DNA of 64,000 nt from Octopus sinensis (taxonomy: Eukaryota). The notes under the pieces were generated by a model. That model worked only from the letters and a program-made list of their open reading frames with translations. It was not told where the DNA came from and made no database searches. Both the position numbers and the translations under genes were made by a program. Location of the stretch: positions 114,018,001 to 114,082,000 of the forward strand of contig NC_042998.1 in NCBI RefSeq assembly GCF_006345805.1. The letters run 5' to 3'. Positions 13,059 through 24,454 of the stretch are shown here, in pieces; the stretch's first letter is position 1, and each line of letters starts with the position of its first letter.

Positions 13059-13683
13059 CACGAGAGAGAAAGAGTAAAATTATCCGCAGTCTTGTGTTTT
13101 CAATGTTTGCACAAAAGCAGGGGATAAACAAGTACGTCATTTTTCTATATAGTCTCCTTTTTTTCTCAGTGCACTTGGTCAAGCAGAACCATCTATGCGC
13201 CACTCCCTTTGCATCTTCATCCATAGGAAATCGACGACCTCGTAAATCATCTTTGAGCGTCCAAAATATGACAGTCGTAAGGGGCGAGATCTGAGCTGTA
13301 AGAAACCCTATTGGTTAATGGTTTGAACGGCCCGGGCGACCGTGTGTGGGCGTGCATTGTCATGCAGCAACGAAATTGTCTTTGACAATAGGCTTTGGCG
13401 TTTGGTGCAAATTGCTGGTTTCAGTTTGTTGGCCAGCAAAGCACTGTATCTTGTACTTTCCCAGAGAAATCGTATCACCTCTCTTTGTTCTTAGGTGCAC
13501 ATCGCTAGTGGAGCGGCTATGCTTACACTGTAAAGCCAGAAAGAAAAATGGCGCGATCAGGCTCAAACCACGACCATGTGACCACAATAGTACCACTGTA
13601 AGGACGCATTCGTTGAAGACAGTATGATAATAATAAAGATGTATTATGGCGAAAGTGCGGATAGACTTTGACTTCCCTTCGTA
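13059..13683 (-). mobile_element. Internally deleted mariner (DD34D) element
   Basis: Minus-strand remnants QREVIRFLW, LLHDNARPHT, YSSDLAPYDCHIFWTLKDDLRGRRF, KCTEKKGDYIEK; related terminal inverted repeats tacgaagggaagtcaaagtctatccgca and ..gagtaaaattatccgca. Confidence 0.8.
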
Positions 13684-14663
13684 CAAATACAAATATATAA
13701 AATTATATATATACACACACATACACTTATACTCATGTGCTGTACACGACCACAAACACACACACACACACGCGCGAGCACACGTACATCCAACTACACA
13801 CACGTATGTAATAAATACTCCATAAGTTCAAATAGTTTATTAAAAAGACATTGGTCGTATACACAACAATTTTCAAGATGCATGTGCATCATTCTCAAGG
13901 AGTAATTCCCTAGATTTGACGAATTTCTATTTCTACATTTTCTTAAAACACATTCATCCACGCACAAACGCATGCACACACACGCACGCATATATATATA
14001 TACATGTGTATTTGTGCCTGGAGGTGTGTATGTGTTTGCGTATGCAATATGCTTAAAGTTGTGTATAAAATTAGCAAAGACTAGCGGCACTTATACGTAC
14101 ATTAGCGTGTGTGTATATATGTATTTAAATTCCTCTACAATTATGCATATTATTTGTGTTTATGTAAATATGGTTTTATGTACAGCTACTAATCACAACT
14201 AACCGCTTCATATTAATAGGACTGCTTATCTCTCCCTCCTACATCCTTGAAACCACTCACCATAATTAATCCTGCTTCACTCACACTCACTTTCTATGAC
14301 TGTTTTTAACAACCTATCCTCACTTTCCTCTATGTATATGCACACATACACATATACAGGCATAGCTGCTGTTTTACTTTCCAATCTTCCCTTCTTTCTC
14401 AAGTGTCTTTCCCTATCAATGGAAATCTCCTGCGGTCGGGTGTGGTCCCATCTTGTACAGAAGATTCGCTTAACATATTCATTCTTGCTGTGATACTTAT
14501 GAAAGGGGCTTGATTAATTCAATTGGGTCTCTCTTTTAAAATAACCGGACCGCCAACATACATTCCCTTAAACTAAGTTACATTCATGCATGCATTGAAG
14601 CAAACATACACGCACACTCACACATACACACACACACACACACACTATCATCTTCCATAGACC

Positions 14664-14699
<36 letters not shown>

Positions 14700-14711
<12 letters not shown>

Positions 14712-16685
14712 TATAAATATGTATATATTATGTATAAATAAATATATATATATTTATACATACATATATATGTATGTGTGTGTATATATATATATGTATA
14801 AATAAATATATATATTTATACATACATATATATGTATGTGTGTGTATATATATATATGTATGTATACTCATATAATATAATACAAAATTATAATATCCAT
14901 ACAAGATTATAAAAAAAGAATTTCCCCGCAAACAGGCTTACCGACTTACACACACACATGCACGTTCGCGCAAACTCACAAAACACACACACACACGCAC
15001 GCACACACACATACACGCACATACATTCACTGTGGAAAATATATTCGCATAATATCGCCGCGAGATATTTTACTGTCGTGCATTTTCGCCTGAAGCAAAT
15101 CTACTCAATATCTGAGCAGCAAAAGAGATAAAGACTGTTATAATACAGGGTGATATACTATAGAAAGCGGGACAGTCATGGAGGAAATAGTAACAGGGGT
15201 GGGTGGATAAGGGAAAGGGAGTGTGAGATAGAGAGAGAGCTAGAGAGAGGTAAGAGCTAGAGAGAAGTGACTGGGGTAGTCGAGATATTAACACAAGGCG
15301 TTAAACATATACTTATATATGTATGTATATAGAAAATTAGATAAGAATAAATTATGTAGTGAGGGTAGTGTACAATTATTTTATATTCGTTTTAGTACAC
15401 AATTTGTCTGTATCTCTCCCTCTGTCGTTATGGTTTTATATATATATTTGTTCTTTTAATTGTTTCAGTCATTTGATTGCGGCCATACTGGAGCACCACC
15501 TTTGAGGTTTCTTTAGACGAACGTATCCATTGCAGGACTTATTCTTTGTTAGCGTAGTACTTATTCTATCGGTCTCCTATCCTGAGCTGCTAAATGAATT
15601 TTACTGAAGTGCATTTCATGTTATATGATGACTAGTTAATGAAGTATACACGCACCCAAACACGTATATATATAATATATATATATAGATATATATATAT
15701 ATATATAATATATATATATATATAATATATATATATATATATAAATAAATATATAAATATGTATATATATATGTATAAATAAATATATATATTTATACAT
15801 ACATATATATGTATGTGTGTGTATATATATATATGTATGTATACTCATATAATATAATACAAAATTATAATATCCATACAAGATTATAAAAAAAGAATTT
15901 CCCCGCAAACAGGCTTACCGACTTACACACACACATGCACGTTCGCGCAAACTCACAAAACACACACACACACACACACACGCACGCACGCACACACACA
16001 CGCATAGACACACGCACGCACGCACACACACATACACGCACATACATTAACTGTGGAAAATATATTCGCATAATATCGCCGCGAGATATTTTACTGTCGT
16101 GCATTTTCGCCTGAAGCAAATCTACTCAATATCTGAGCAGCAAAAGAGATAAAGACTGTTATAATACAGGGTGATATACTATAGAAAGCGGGACAGTCAT
16201 GGAGGAAATAGTAACAGGGGTGGGTGGATAAGGGAAAGGGAGTGTGAGATAGAGAGAGAGAGAGAGAGAGAGGTAAGAGCTAGAGAGAAGTGACTGGGGT
16301 AGTCGATATATTAACACAAGGCGTTAAACATATACTTATATATGTATGTATATAGAAAATTAGATAAGAATAAATTATGTAGTGAGGGTAGTGTACAATT
16401 ATTTTATATTCGTTTTAGTACACAATTTGTCTGTATCTCTCCCTCTGTCGTTATGGTTTTATATATATATTTGTTCTTTTAATTGTTTCAGTCATTTGAT
16501 TGCGGCCATACTGGAGCACCACCTTTGAGGTTTCTTAGACGAACGTATCCATTGCAGGACTTATTCTTTGTTAGCGTAGTACTTATTCTATCGGTCTCCT
16601 ATCCTGAGCTGCTAAATGAATTTTACTGAAGTGCATTTCATGTTATATGATGACTAGTTAATGAAGTATACACGCACCCAAACAC

Positions 16686-16720
<35 letters not shown>
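14700..16720. repeat. Tandem duplication of a ~1-kb unit bounded by (TA)n, each unit with a SINE-A 3' fragment
   Basis: ~14700-15740 and ~15741-16720 are nearly identical apart from microsatellite lengths and a few SNPs/indels; SINE-A pieces at ~15455-15590 and ~16480-16612. Confidence 0.9.
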
Positions 16721-16722
<2 letters not shown>

Positions 16723-16936
16723 TAGATATATATATTGTTATAATTTGGGATGGTTATTTTTCGTTTTATATAGTTATTATTTTATCTTATGTCCATTGTC
16801 TGGAAATCGTTTGTCACTCATATTTGACCTCTTCAGCGATTCTTCCACCCAAGTCTATTGTGCTGTTCTGTTTAGTCTATTCTGTCTTTCTATGATGTAT
16901 TTTATCTGCGCATGCGTTTGCGCCTGTGTTTGTGTA

Positions 16937-16996
<60 letters not shown>

Positions 16997-16999
16997 ACA

Positions 17000-17035
<36 letters not shown>

Positions 17036-17302
17036 TTTATTGATACCACAAGAAAATGCAGAAAATATCATGCCGAATTCTGTTTCAGCTAAGGGAAGAA
17101 AATTGATGTTGGGAATGTGACATACTCATTTCCTCATCATCTTTCCACAGATAGATTAGTCGCCTATAGCTATTTACATTATATAAAAAATAGGACTGAG
17201 TTAAACTAGTAACTCTGTTTTGCATAACGGTACTGCCACAGAAAGCGTAAATTGCTGCATCTACATAATGTATACTAATATACTATACTAAACAGTATTT
17301 TT

Positions 17303-17831
17303 GGATCTTTTCGGTTTGAACGGCAGTTTTTAACAATTTCTAGGTAACTAAAAAATTTTAAACTTCGTATACTGGTAGAATGTGTTTATAAAACATCATT
17401 TTCTCTTGGCTTTCTTGAGAAAGTTCTGTAGTTTGTAACATATTTCATTTTTAATTTCTTGCATTTCGGCAATTTTAACCAATCAATGACCGTTTATTGA
17501 GGTGAAAGCATTCTGTGCCGTATGTTAGGGTTAGGGTTGGGGGGGGTATCTTTTTTTCTTCACAAATGTAAATAAACCCGATCTGTTTCTTAAAGGAGAG
17601 ACATATTCATACGGCACATAATGCTTTCACCTCAATAGACAGTCATTGATTGGTTAAAATTGTCGAAATGCAAGTAATTAAAGACGAAATATATTACAAA
17701 CTACAAAATTTTCTCAAGAAAGCCAAGAGAAAATGATGTTTTATAAACACATTCTACCAGTATACGAAGTTTAAAATTTTTTAGTTACCTAGAAATTATG
17801 TTAAAAACTGCCGTTCAAACCGAAAAGATCC
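17303..17831. mobile_element. Foldback/MULE-like MITE with ~222-bp terminal inverted repeats and 8-bp TSD
   Basis: Arms 17303-17524 and 17608-17831 (ggatcttttcggtttgaacggcag / ctgccgttcaaaccgaaaagatcc); gtattttt on both sides (17295-17302, 17832-17839); the loop starts with (TTAGGG)2. Confidence 0.85.
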
Positions 17832-18877
17832 GTATTTTTTTTATAGTTTTACATAGTTACGCCACACGCGGCTTCCAGAAACCAACTACAACACAACAGT
17901 CTGTGTCCGATAGCTCAGAAGACCGCGCAGGCGAGCTCAGCAAACCAACTTGTTTAGAGCGGAAGAAGCAGTAGTCAAAGAAGTCGGGAGAGTGGAAAAT
18001 AACAAACAAATCCGTTGAATATAACCAAAATACAAGAACTTTAATTAAGAGGCCAAAAACATTTATGGAAAAAATAAACAGCTGTTTTGAGAGTTTTTCG
18101 AGAGTTCTTTCATTTACCTCTGTAGACTTCTTTTATTCACCAGTCTAATAACTTATGTTCTATCTTTTTTTCTCTTTTTTCTTTCGACTGGACTCTTGTT
18201 ACTACCGAATTTACGGTACCATTCCGGCTTCTTAACGTTGTGAAGTTCACTATTTTCGCAGCCATTACAAAACGTTCCACTGATCACATTAACCGGCGAA
18301 ACAAACTTCACACTCGACACCAACTACTGTACCAACTGTTCCATATGAATTTTGCCAGCACCATCTCACACAACGACCGCATGGAACCGGCTACTACTTA
18401 AAATACCGCTCACGTCGACTTTCATCACATCGTCCGCCGCACATCATCTTCTAGCACTAACTCACCACGTGGGCAATAGTAGTCCTTCTATTTCGCCCAC
18501 ACATGTAAAAACGCACCAAAATCAAACCGCCTACGCTTTAAACAGTCACGTAATCACCAAGAATTATATTTTTCGTGTTCGCTTGCAAAACCAGAGAGTG
18601 GTGTTCTAATTCGCGTCGTACGAATTTATTATTCACTATCAAGAATATGAATTTATTATTTATCAAGACTACAGCATACACGTGATCACAAAAACACAAA
18701 TTTCACAACTTTCGAAGTAATCACAGCGGTGACGCTCGGCAAAATACCTCATGAAGGTCACTGCTACCTCTCACTGCGCACGCGGCGTACGAATTTATTA
18801 TTATTTATCAAGAATAGGAATTTATTATTTATTATTCTTTGTCAAGAGAAGAATTGAGACTCACTTTCAATTTTAAA

Positions 18878-19017
18878 TTTGTCAAATACGACCTCCATAT
18901 TTACGAAGAAAATATGAATAATTAAAAAAAATATTACCTTATTCGTATCTTTTAAATTATTCATATTTCCTTCGTAAATATGGAGGGATAATGCTGAAGA
19001 AGGTCGTGCTTGACAAA
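18878..19017. repeat. Nested inverted repeat / hairpin
   Basis: ctccatatttacgaagaaaatatgaataatt pairs with aattattcatatttccttcgtaaatatggag; outer tttgtcaaatacgacc pairs with ggtcgtgcttgacaaa. Confidence 0.85.
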
Positions 19018-19191
19018 GTTAAATACAATTATTTAAAAAAAATTAATTTATTTAATTTGTAAGTTAAACCCAAAACTAAGGTACACAATTAACTCCCAGT
19101 AAATAAAAAACAAAAATTATTCTGTTCGTCTCGCCTGCAGACAGCTTTTTTTGTATCAAGGTGAATTATAGATGTTTCATTAAAGTATCTG

Positions 19192-19435
19192 TGGAGGCGC
19201 GTGGCTTGGTGGTTAGGGTGTCAACATCATGATCGTAAGATTGTGGTTTCAATTCCTGGACCGGGCGACGCGTTGTGTTCTTGAGCAAAACACTTCATTT
19301 CACGTTGCTCCAGTCCCTTCAGCTGGCAAAAATGAGCAACGCTGCGATGGACTGGCGTCCCGTTCAGCTGGACATACGCCATTGAAACCGGGAAGCTGGA
19401 CCCATGAGCCTGGCTAGACTTTAAAAGGGTGCATT
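19192..19435 (+). mobile_element. tRNA-derived SINE (family C-like head and core, family D-like tail)
   Basis: A box tggcttggtgg, B box ggtttcaattcc, central gttcttgagcaaaacacttcatttcacgttgctccag, tail gcgatggactggcgtcccg...gaaaccgggaa shared with the 37479 copy. Confidence 0.8.
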
Positions 19436-19501
19436 TATTTATTTTCTTTCATTAAAGCATCTATGTTTTCAACATGCAAGGAAATAGTCGTTTCTATCTG
19501 C

Positions 19502-19545
<44 letters not shown>

Positions 19546-20779
19546 CTACGAGAGAAAATGATGCAGCAGTTGGACACAGTTTTTTTTTTATTGTAGAATG
19601 TTTTCATCTTCATCCCACAGCTAAGCTTTCAAGTAAATAACTGCTTATTAATCTACATTTATATACGTTTCAAGCATTTTGATTTCCGCTGTGGTCTATT
19701 GTAAATGCATACTGTTTAATTTTATATCAAGATAAGTTATCACAACAACAATTTATATTACTAGTTCATTGAGTACTAGTTCATTCAAGTAATTTAGATA
19801 TTTAGAGAGCAGTTAATAATCGCTTATATAAAGTGAGCGTGTTTATATACTGTGAGTGTCTTTATGCAAAGTGAGTAAGATAGTTACATTCAAATCCATC
19901 CCGTTTTAAAGATGTCCCGAAGCGGTAGATAATATGTACATCTGATTAAGCCTGATATTATTTGTTCTTATTTAACTCCGAATAAGTTGTGTTCGCGTAG
20001 AACTCTCCTATGACAACGGTATTTCAGTCATGACTAATTCATTTCATTTTTCGCTAATGAAACCAAGACCAGATCATGCAATGTCTTCTCGTAATTGCAT
20101 AGGAAAATCCTTAACAATTTAGCTATGTTGTGAACATTTCAAGAGTCTCCGTTGCATTTACAAGGTCACTGGGGATCAGCTGACTTTGTAAGTGAAGGTA
20201 TCGTCTCCCCTCTCCCTATCTTCCCACATAAAACCCACGCTTATTATAGCCCTCACCAAATCTTCTGATATATTCATTAAACCTGAATCAAATCCAGCAG
20301 GCCTCGTATATTAATACGGCTTAGGAATTCTACGGCAGTTACTAATATTTCTATCCACCACAAAATACCATGAACAGTTCATCAACGAATGCCCGGATCA
20401 TGGAACAAAATTATGCGTTTTTCTAAAGATCTATTTCTATTAACTTAAGATCATATGCAGTAGTAATGGACAACTAACCCAAATCTAAGTTTGATATTGT
20501 GACAAATAACTCAAACTATATCTTAATTAATGGTAAATTATGGTAGTATCTCGCCACACACACACACACAAACCGCATTTTCAAACAATGGTCAGAAGTG
20601 TAACACTTCCAGCGTAGAATCATGGATCTCACTCTATTTCACACTAATCTCCAACATCACGAAATTGCAAAACCATTTGAATTAAAGTTAATAAGTTAGG
20701 TTAATATGAAACCCACTTCATTTCTTTACACCTATTTAAAATTTTATATGTATATACATACAAAAATTGTTTTTTTATT

Positions 20780-20837
20780 CTCCTCGATCCATGGATCTTA
20801 TATATATATATAAATGTAAGATCCAGGGATCGAGGAG
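20780..20837. repeat. Short inverted repeat (21-bp arms) centred on (TA)n
   Basis: ctcctcgatccatggatctta ... taagatccagggatcgaggag, one mismatch. Confidence 0.85.
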
Positions 20838-20875
20838 TATAACAAGAAAACTTTCCGTAACTCTTGTATGTATAT

Positions 20876-21420
20876 GCAAAGTATCATAAAAGTTGAAGCA
20901 CCTCAAATGGCAATCACAAGAAAGATAGATGGCATGACAGGCCTCGACTATTGGGGTCGACTAGAAAATCTAAAACTTTATTCTCTCCAACGTCGTCGTG
21001 AGCGCTACATCATCTGCATGATGTGGAAAATATTCCATCAGCATTGCCCAAATGATGTTTGCATCACCTTTAAGGTACATCCAAGGCTTGGGCCCCGTGC
21101 CATCCGCCCAAAACAAAAATCGCTCTCTCATCTCATAACAACAATACGGCACAATTATTTCACCTCATTGGCCCCGCTCTCTTTAACATTACACCCAAAA
21201 CACATTAAAACAGAAACTGACCCTATAGGGTTCAAGAAGTCTTTGGACAGATTCCTTCAAGAAATCCCGGATAAACCCCTACACCCGATATGTCTCTGTA
21301 AACAATAACTCTCTACTTGAGTGGGCCATAGTGCCCAAATTCTGACTTGAAAGACTTCACCAGGTGGTGCTATTAAGTTAGACATGGCCTGGGCCAATAA
21401 TGGCCGAAACCTATCAAAGT
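20876..21420 (+). mobile_element. CR1-clade LINE 3' end (ORF2 C-terminus plus 3' UTR), 5'-truncated
   Basis: Translation LDYWGRLENLKLYSLQRRRERYIICMMWKI...FKKSLDRFLQEIPDKP matches the CR1/L2 C-terminal L.Y.ERL..L.L.SL.RRR.R motif. Confidence 0.85.
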
Positions 21421-21654
21421 ATGTATATGCATATAATATATATGTATATATATATATATATATATACTAAGCAATTAAGGGTTTAGCAACGGATTGCCTT
21501 ACCGCACACCGAATTTAGAAATAGCAGTCAAAGAGATTATAGCTATTTCTTCTACTAAAAGGGAGATCTCAGTAAAAACACAGCATTTGAAAGGCAAACA
21601 CAAACAGGTAAGAGAGAATGAATTGACGGCAATCTATCATACAGTTTTAAGTCA

Positions 21655-21746
21655 CCTACGGACGTACGTTTCGAAATCAAGTCTTAGGAAAGCATAAGAA
21701 TTAGATAATTCTACCTTACCCAAACTTCTTCTCTCATCAGCGCAGG
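21655..21746 (-). ncRNA. Type I hammerhead ribozyme, copy 1
   Basis: Minus strand CCUGCG-CUGAUGA-G[long stem II]C-GAAA-C-GUAC-GUC^CGUAGG; stem I CCUGCG/CGUAGG 6 bp; all core nucleotides canonical; predicted cut between 21661 and 21660. Confidence 0.85.
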
Positions 21747-22240
21747 ATACAAACAATCATGAATGATTGTATATTGAATTTCGAGATACTAGAAGGCACC
21801 AACTCAACTCAGTATCAGAGCGAGCTAGAAGCCACAACTAGTATCACCAAATTCTAAGTGTGAATGAAAGTTTGTGTCACCAGCCCCTTCCCACCCGCGT
21901 GTAGCCAAGACAAAGTGCTGTGGTCATTTACTGGGATGAATATGGTTATCAGTAACAATGAAGGGTGAAATTAATTAATTTGGAATAATTATCAATTACA
22001 CCAAGTAGTCTTCGGCATGTAAAAGCCTCATTCGAGGAAAATTTAAGTAATACTAAGCAATTAAGGGTTTAGCAACGAATTGCCTTACCACACCACCGAA
22101 TTTAGAATAGCAGTCAAAGAGATTATAGCTATTTCTTCTACTAAAAGGGAGATCTCAGTAAAAACACAGCATTTGAAAGGCAAACACAAATAGGTAAGAG
22201 AGAATGAATTGACGGCAATCTATCATACAGTTTTAAGTCA

Positions 22241-22332
22241 CCTACGGACGTACGTTTCGAAATCAAGTCTTAGGAAAGCATAAGAATTAGATAATTCTAC
22301 CTTACCCAAACTTCTTCTCTCATCAGCGCAGG
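22241..22332 (-). ncRNA. Type I hammerhead ribozyme, copy 2
   Basis: Identical in sequence to copy 1 over 92 nt; predicted cut between 22247 and 22246. Confidence 0.85.
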
Positions 22333-22615
22333 ATACAAAACAATCATGATGATTGTATATTGAATTTCGAGATCTAGAAGGCACTAACTCAACTCAGTAT
22401 CAGAGCGAGCTAGAAGCCACAGCTAGTATCACCAAATTCAAAGTGTGAATGAAAGTTCGTGTCACCAGCCCCTTCCTACCCCGTGTAGCCAAGACAAAGT
22501 GCTGTTCATTTACTGGGATGAATATGGTATCAGTAACAATGAAGGGTGAAATTAATTAATTTGGAATAATTATCAATTACACCAATACAGCATACACACA
22601 CACACACCACAACCA

Positions 22616-22683
<68 letters not shown>

Positions 22684-22687
22684 AATA

Positions 22688-22797
22688 TTGGTATGCTGAG
22701 ACTCCCTTCGGTCATGACTGACCATGGGATTGCACCTAGAAAGTTATCCTTCCAGGCACAATCAGCAGTCGCCCATAATACCGTCCTCCCTCTCTGT
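22688..22797 (-). mobile_element. SINE family C 3' fragment, inverted relative to 23193-23505
   Basis: Reverse complement matches 23403-23510, including the same internal deletion relative to the 41743 copy. Confidence 0.85.
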
Positions 22798-23075
22798 TTA
22801 TTTCGTTGTTTGAAAAAAAGTTCATTTCTATGTTTTTGTTTTTGTTTTTCGTTTCTCATTATGTTTCAACGTTCTTTTGATGTCCTGTACCCATATATAT
22901 GCATCTGATATATATATATTAAGATTATATATATATATATGATTTATAGTATATTATATATATATGTATGATATATTATACCATACATATATGTAGTATG
23001 TACAATATGTTATGTATATATGCATATATTTATATATTATTATTATTTATTATTATTATTATTAATTATTAATTA

Positions 23076-23108
<33 letters not shown>

Positions 23109-23129
23109 CATTATTATATATTAATTATT

Positions 23130-23192
<63 letters not shown>

Positions 23193-23193
<1 letters not shown>

Positions 23194-23505
23194 AAGGCGC
23201 ATGGCTCAGTTGTTAGAGCGTCGAGCTTACTTACGATCGTGAGGTTGTGAGTTCGAATCCCGGACCGGGCTGCGTGTTGTGTCCTTGAGTAAGACACTTT
23301 ATTTCACGTTGCTCCAGTTCACTCAGCTGTAGAAATGAGTTGTTTCACAGGTGCCAAGCTGTATCGGACTTTGCCTTTCCCTTGGTTAACACAGGTGGCG
23401 TGGAGAGGGGAGGCCGGTATGTATGGGCGACTGCTGGACTTGTGCCTGGGAGGATAGCTTTCTAGGTGCAATCCCATGGTCAGGCATGACCGAAGGGAGT
23501 CTCAT
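23193..23505 (+). mobile_element. tRNA-derived SINE, family C (head resembles tRNA-Arg(ACG); possibly OR-type)
   Basis: ggcgcatggctcagttgttagagcgtcgagc...gagttcgaatccc head; central gtccttgagtaagacactttatttcacgttgctccagttcactcagctgtagaaatgag with CORE-like appearance. Confidence 0.85.
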
Positions 23506-23591
23506 CATATTAATATATATATATATATATATATATATAGATATATTATATATATATCTATATATATATATATATATATTCTATATAGATA

Positions 23592-24265
23592 TATCAGGCT
23601 GAATAAGTAGTAAGCAACGTTTTGAAACATTAAATTTATCACAATATATTTCAAAAATGCGGAAATTTTATTTATCAAAGTAAGTACCATTTCAATTAAA
23701 ACATGTTTGCCAACGAGTTACAGCTTTGTTTATTCCGGTAACATAAAAATCTGGAGTTCTGGATCTGATGAGCTCTTTGAACGCACTTTCAGTATCGGTT
23801 TGATTTTGAACTCCTCTCGCAGAAAACCATCAAGGTGCTTGAAAAAGTGGCAGTCAGTAGGAGAAAGATCTGGGGGAATAAGTTGGATGGGGAAGAGCTT
23901 CGTAGCCAAGTTCCCTCAACTTCTGGAGCGTCATTAGTGAAACGTGTGATCGAGCGTTGTCATGAAGAATGATTGGCTCTCTTCTGTTGACCAATCTAGG
24001 ACAGACGAGTAGCAGTTTTTTGTTTATTTTGCCAGTTTCATGGCAATATGTTTCTGCAGTAATGATTTTGCCGGGTTTTAAGAAGTTATAGTGGATGAGT
24101 CCAGTAGTACACCACCAAACAGTCATCATAACCTCCTTTTTGAAGAGCTCGAGTTTAGGGAAGGTTCTCTGTGCTTCATTTTGGTCCAACTACGACGAAG
24201 AACGTTTTTTATCATTGGACAAAATCCGCTTTTCATCGCAAGTTACAATGCGTATAGGGGTAGGT
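23592..24265 (-). mobile_element. Mariner (DD34D) transposase pseudogene, 3' two-thirds with right TIR
   Basis: RIVTCDEK, VMMTVWW, LHDNARSH, LPHPTYSP, TDCHFFKHLDGFL, NGTYFDK*; TIR ta-tcaggctgaataagtagtaagcaacg. Confidence 0.9.
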
Positions 24266-24454
24266 TGGGATCGATGTGTGAAGTGGAAGGGTTGGACTGG
24301 AGTCCCTAGAAGGCTCGGAGGGGCAGGGTGGATGATGATAGGTGAGGGGAAATGGGAGACGAGCACTGGTGGGGCGGGTACGAGGAGAAAGAGCAGAGGC
24401 ATGGTCCACAGATCGTGCCCTGGCAAGGGCAGTGTGGATAGTGGTGAGGAGATA

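Larger units (their letters stand above)
21464..22585 (-). mobile_element. Tandem (~1.9 units, 586-bp period) non-coding element carrying hammerhead ribozymes; candidate retrozyme or Penelope-like repeat
   Basis: 21464-22004 is repeated at 22050-22585 with roughly 20 differences by eye; the junction 22005-22049 is single-copy; each unit has a hammerhead core. Confidence 0.8.

Noticed and set aside
23195-23265. tRNA-like sequences here and at 19195, 37480 and 41745
   Set aside because: No acceptor-stem pairing, and they continue into SINE bodies; these are SINE heads, not tRNA genes.
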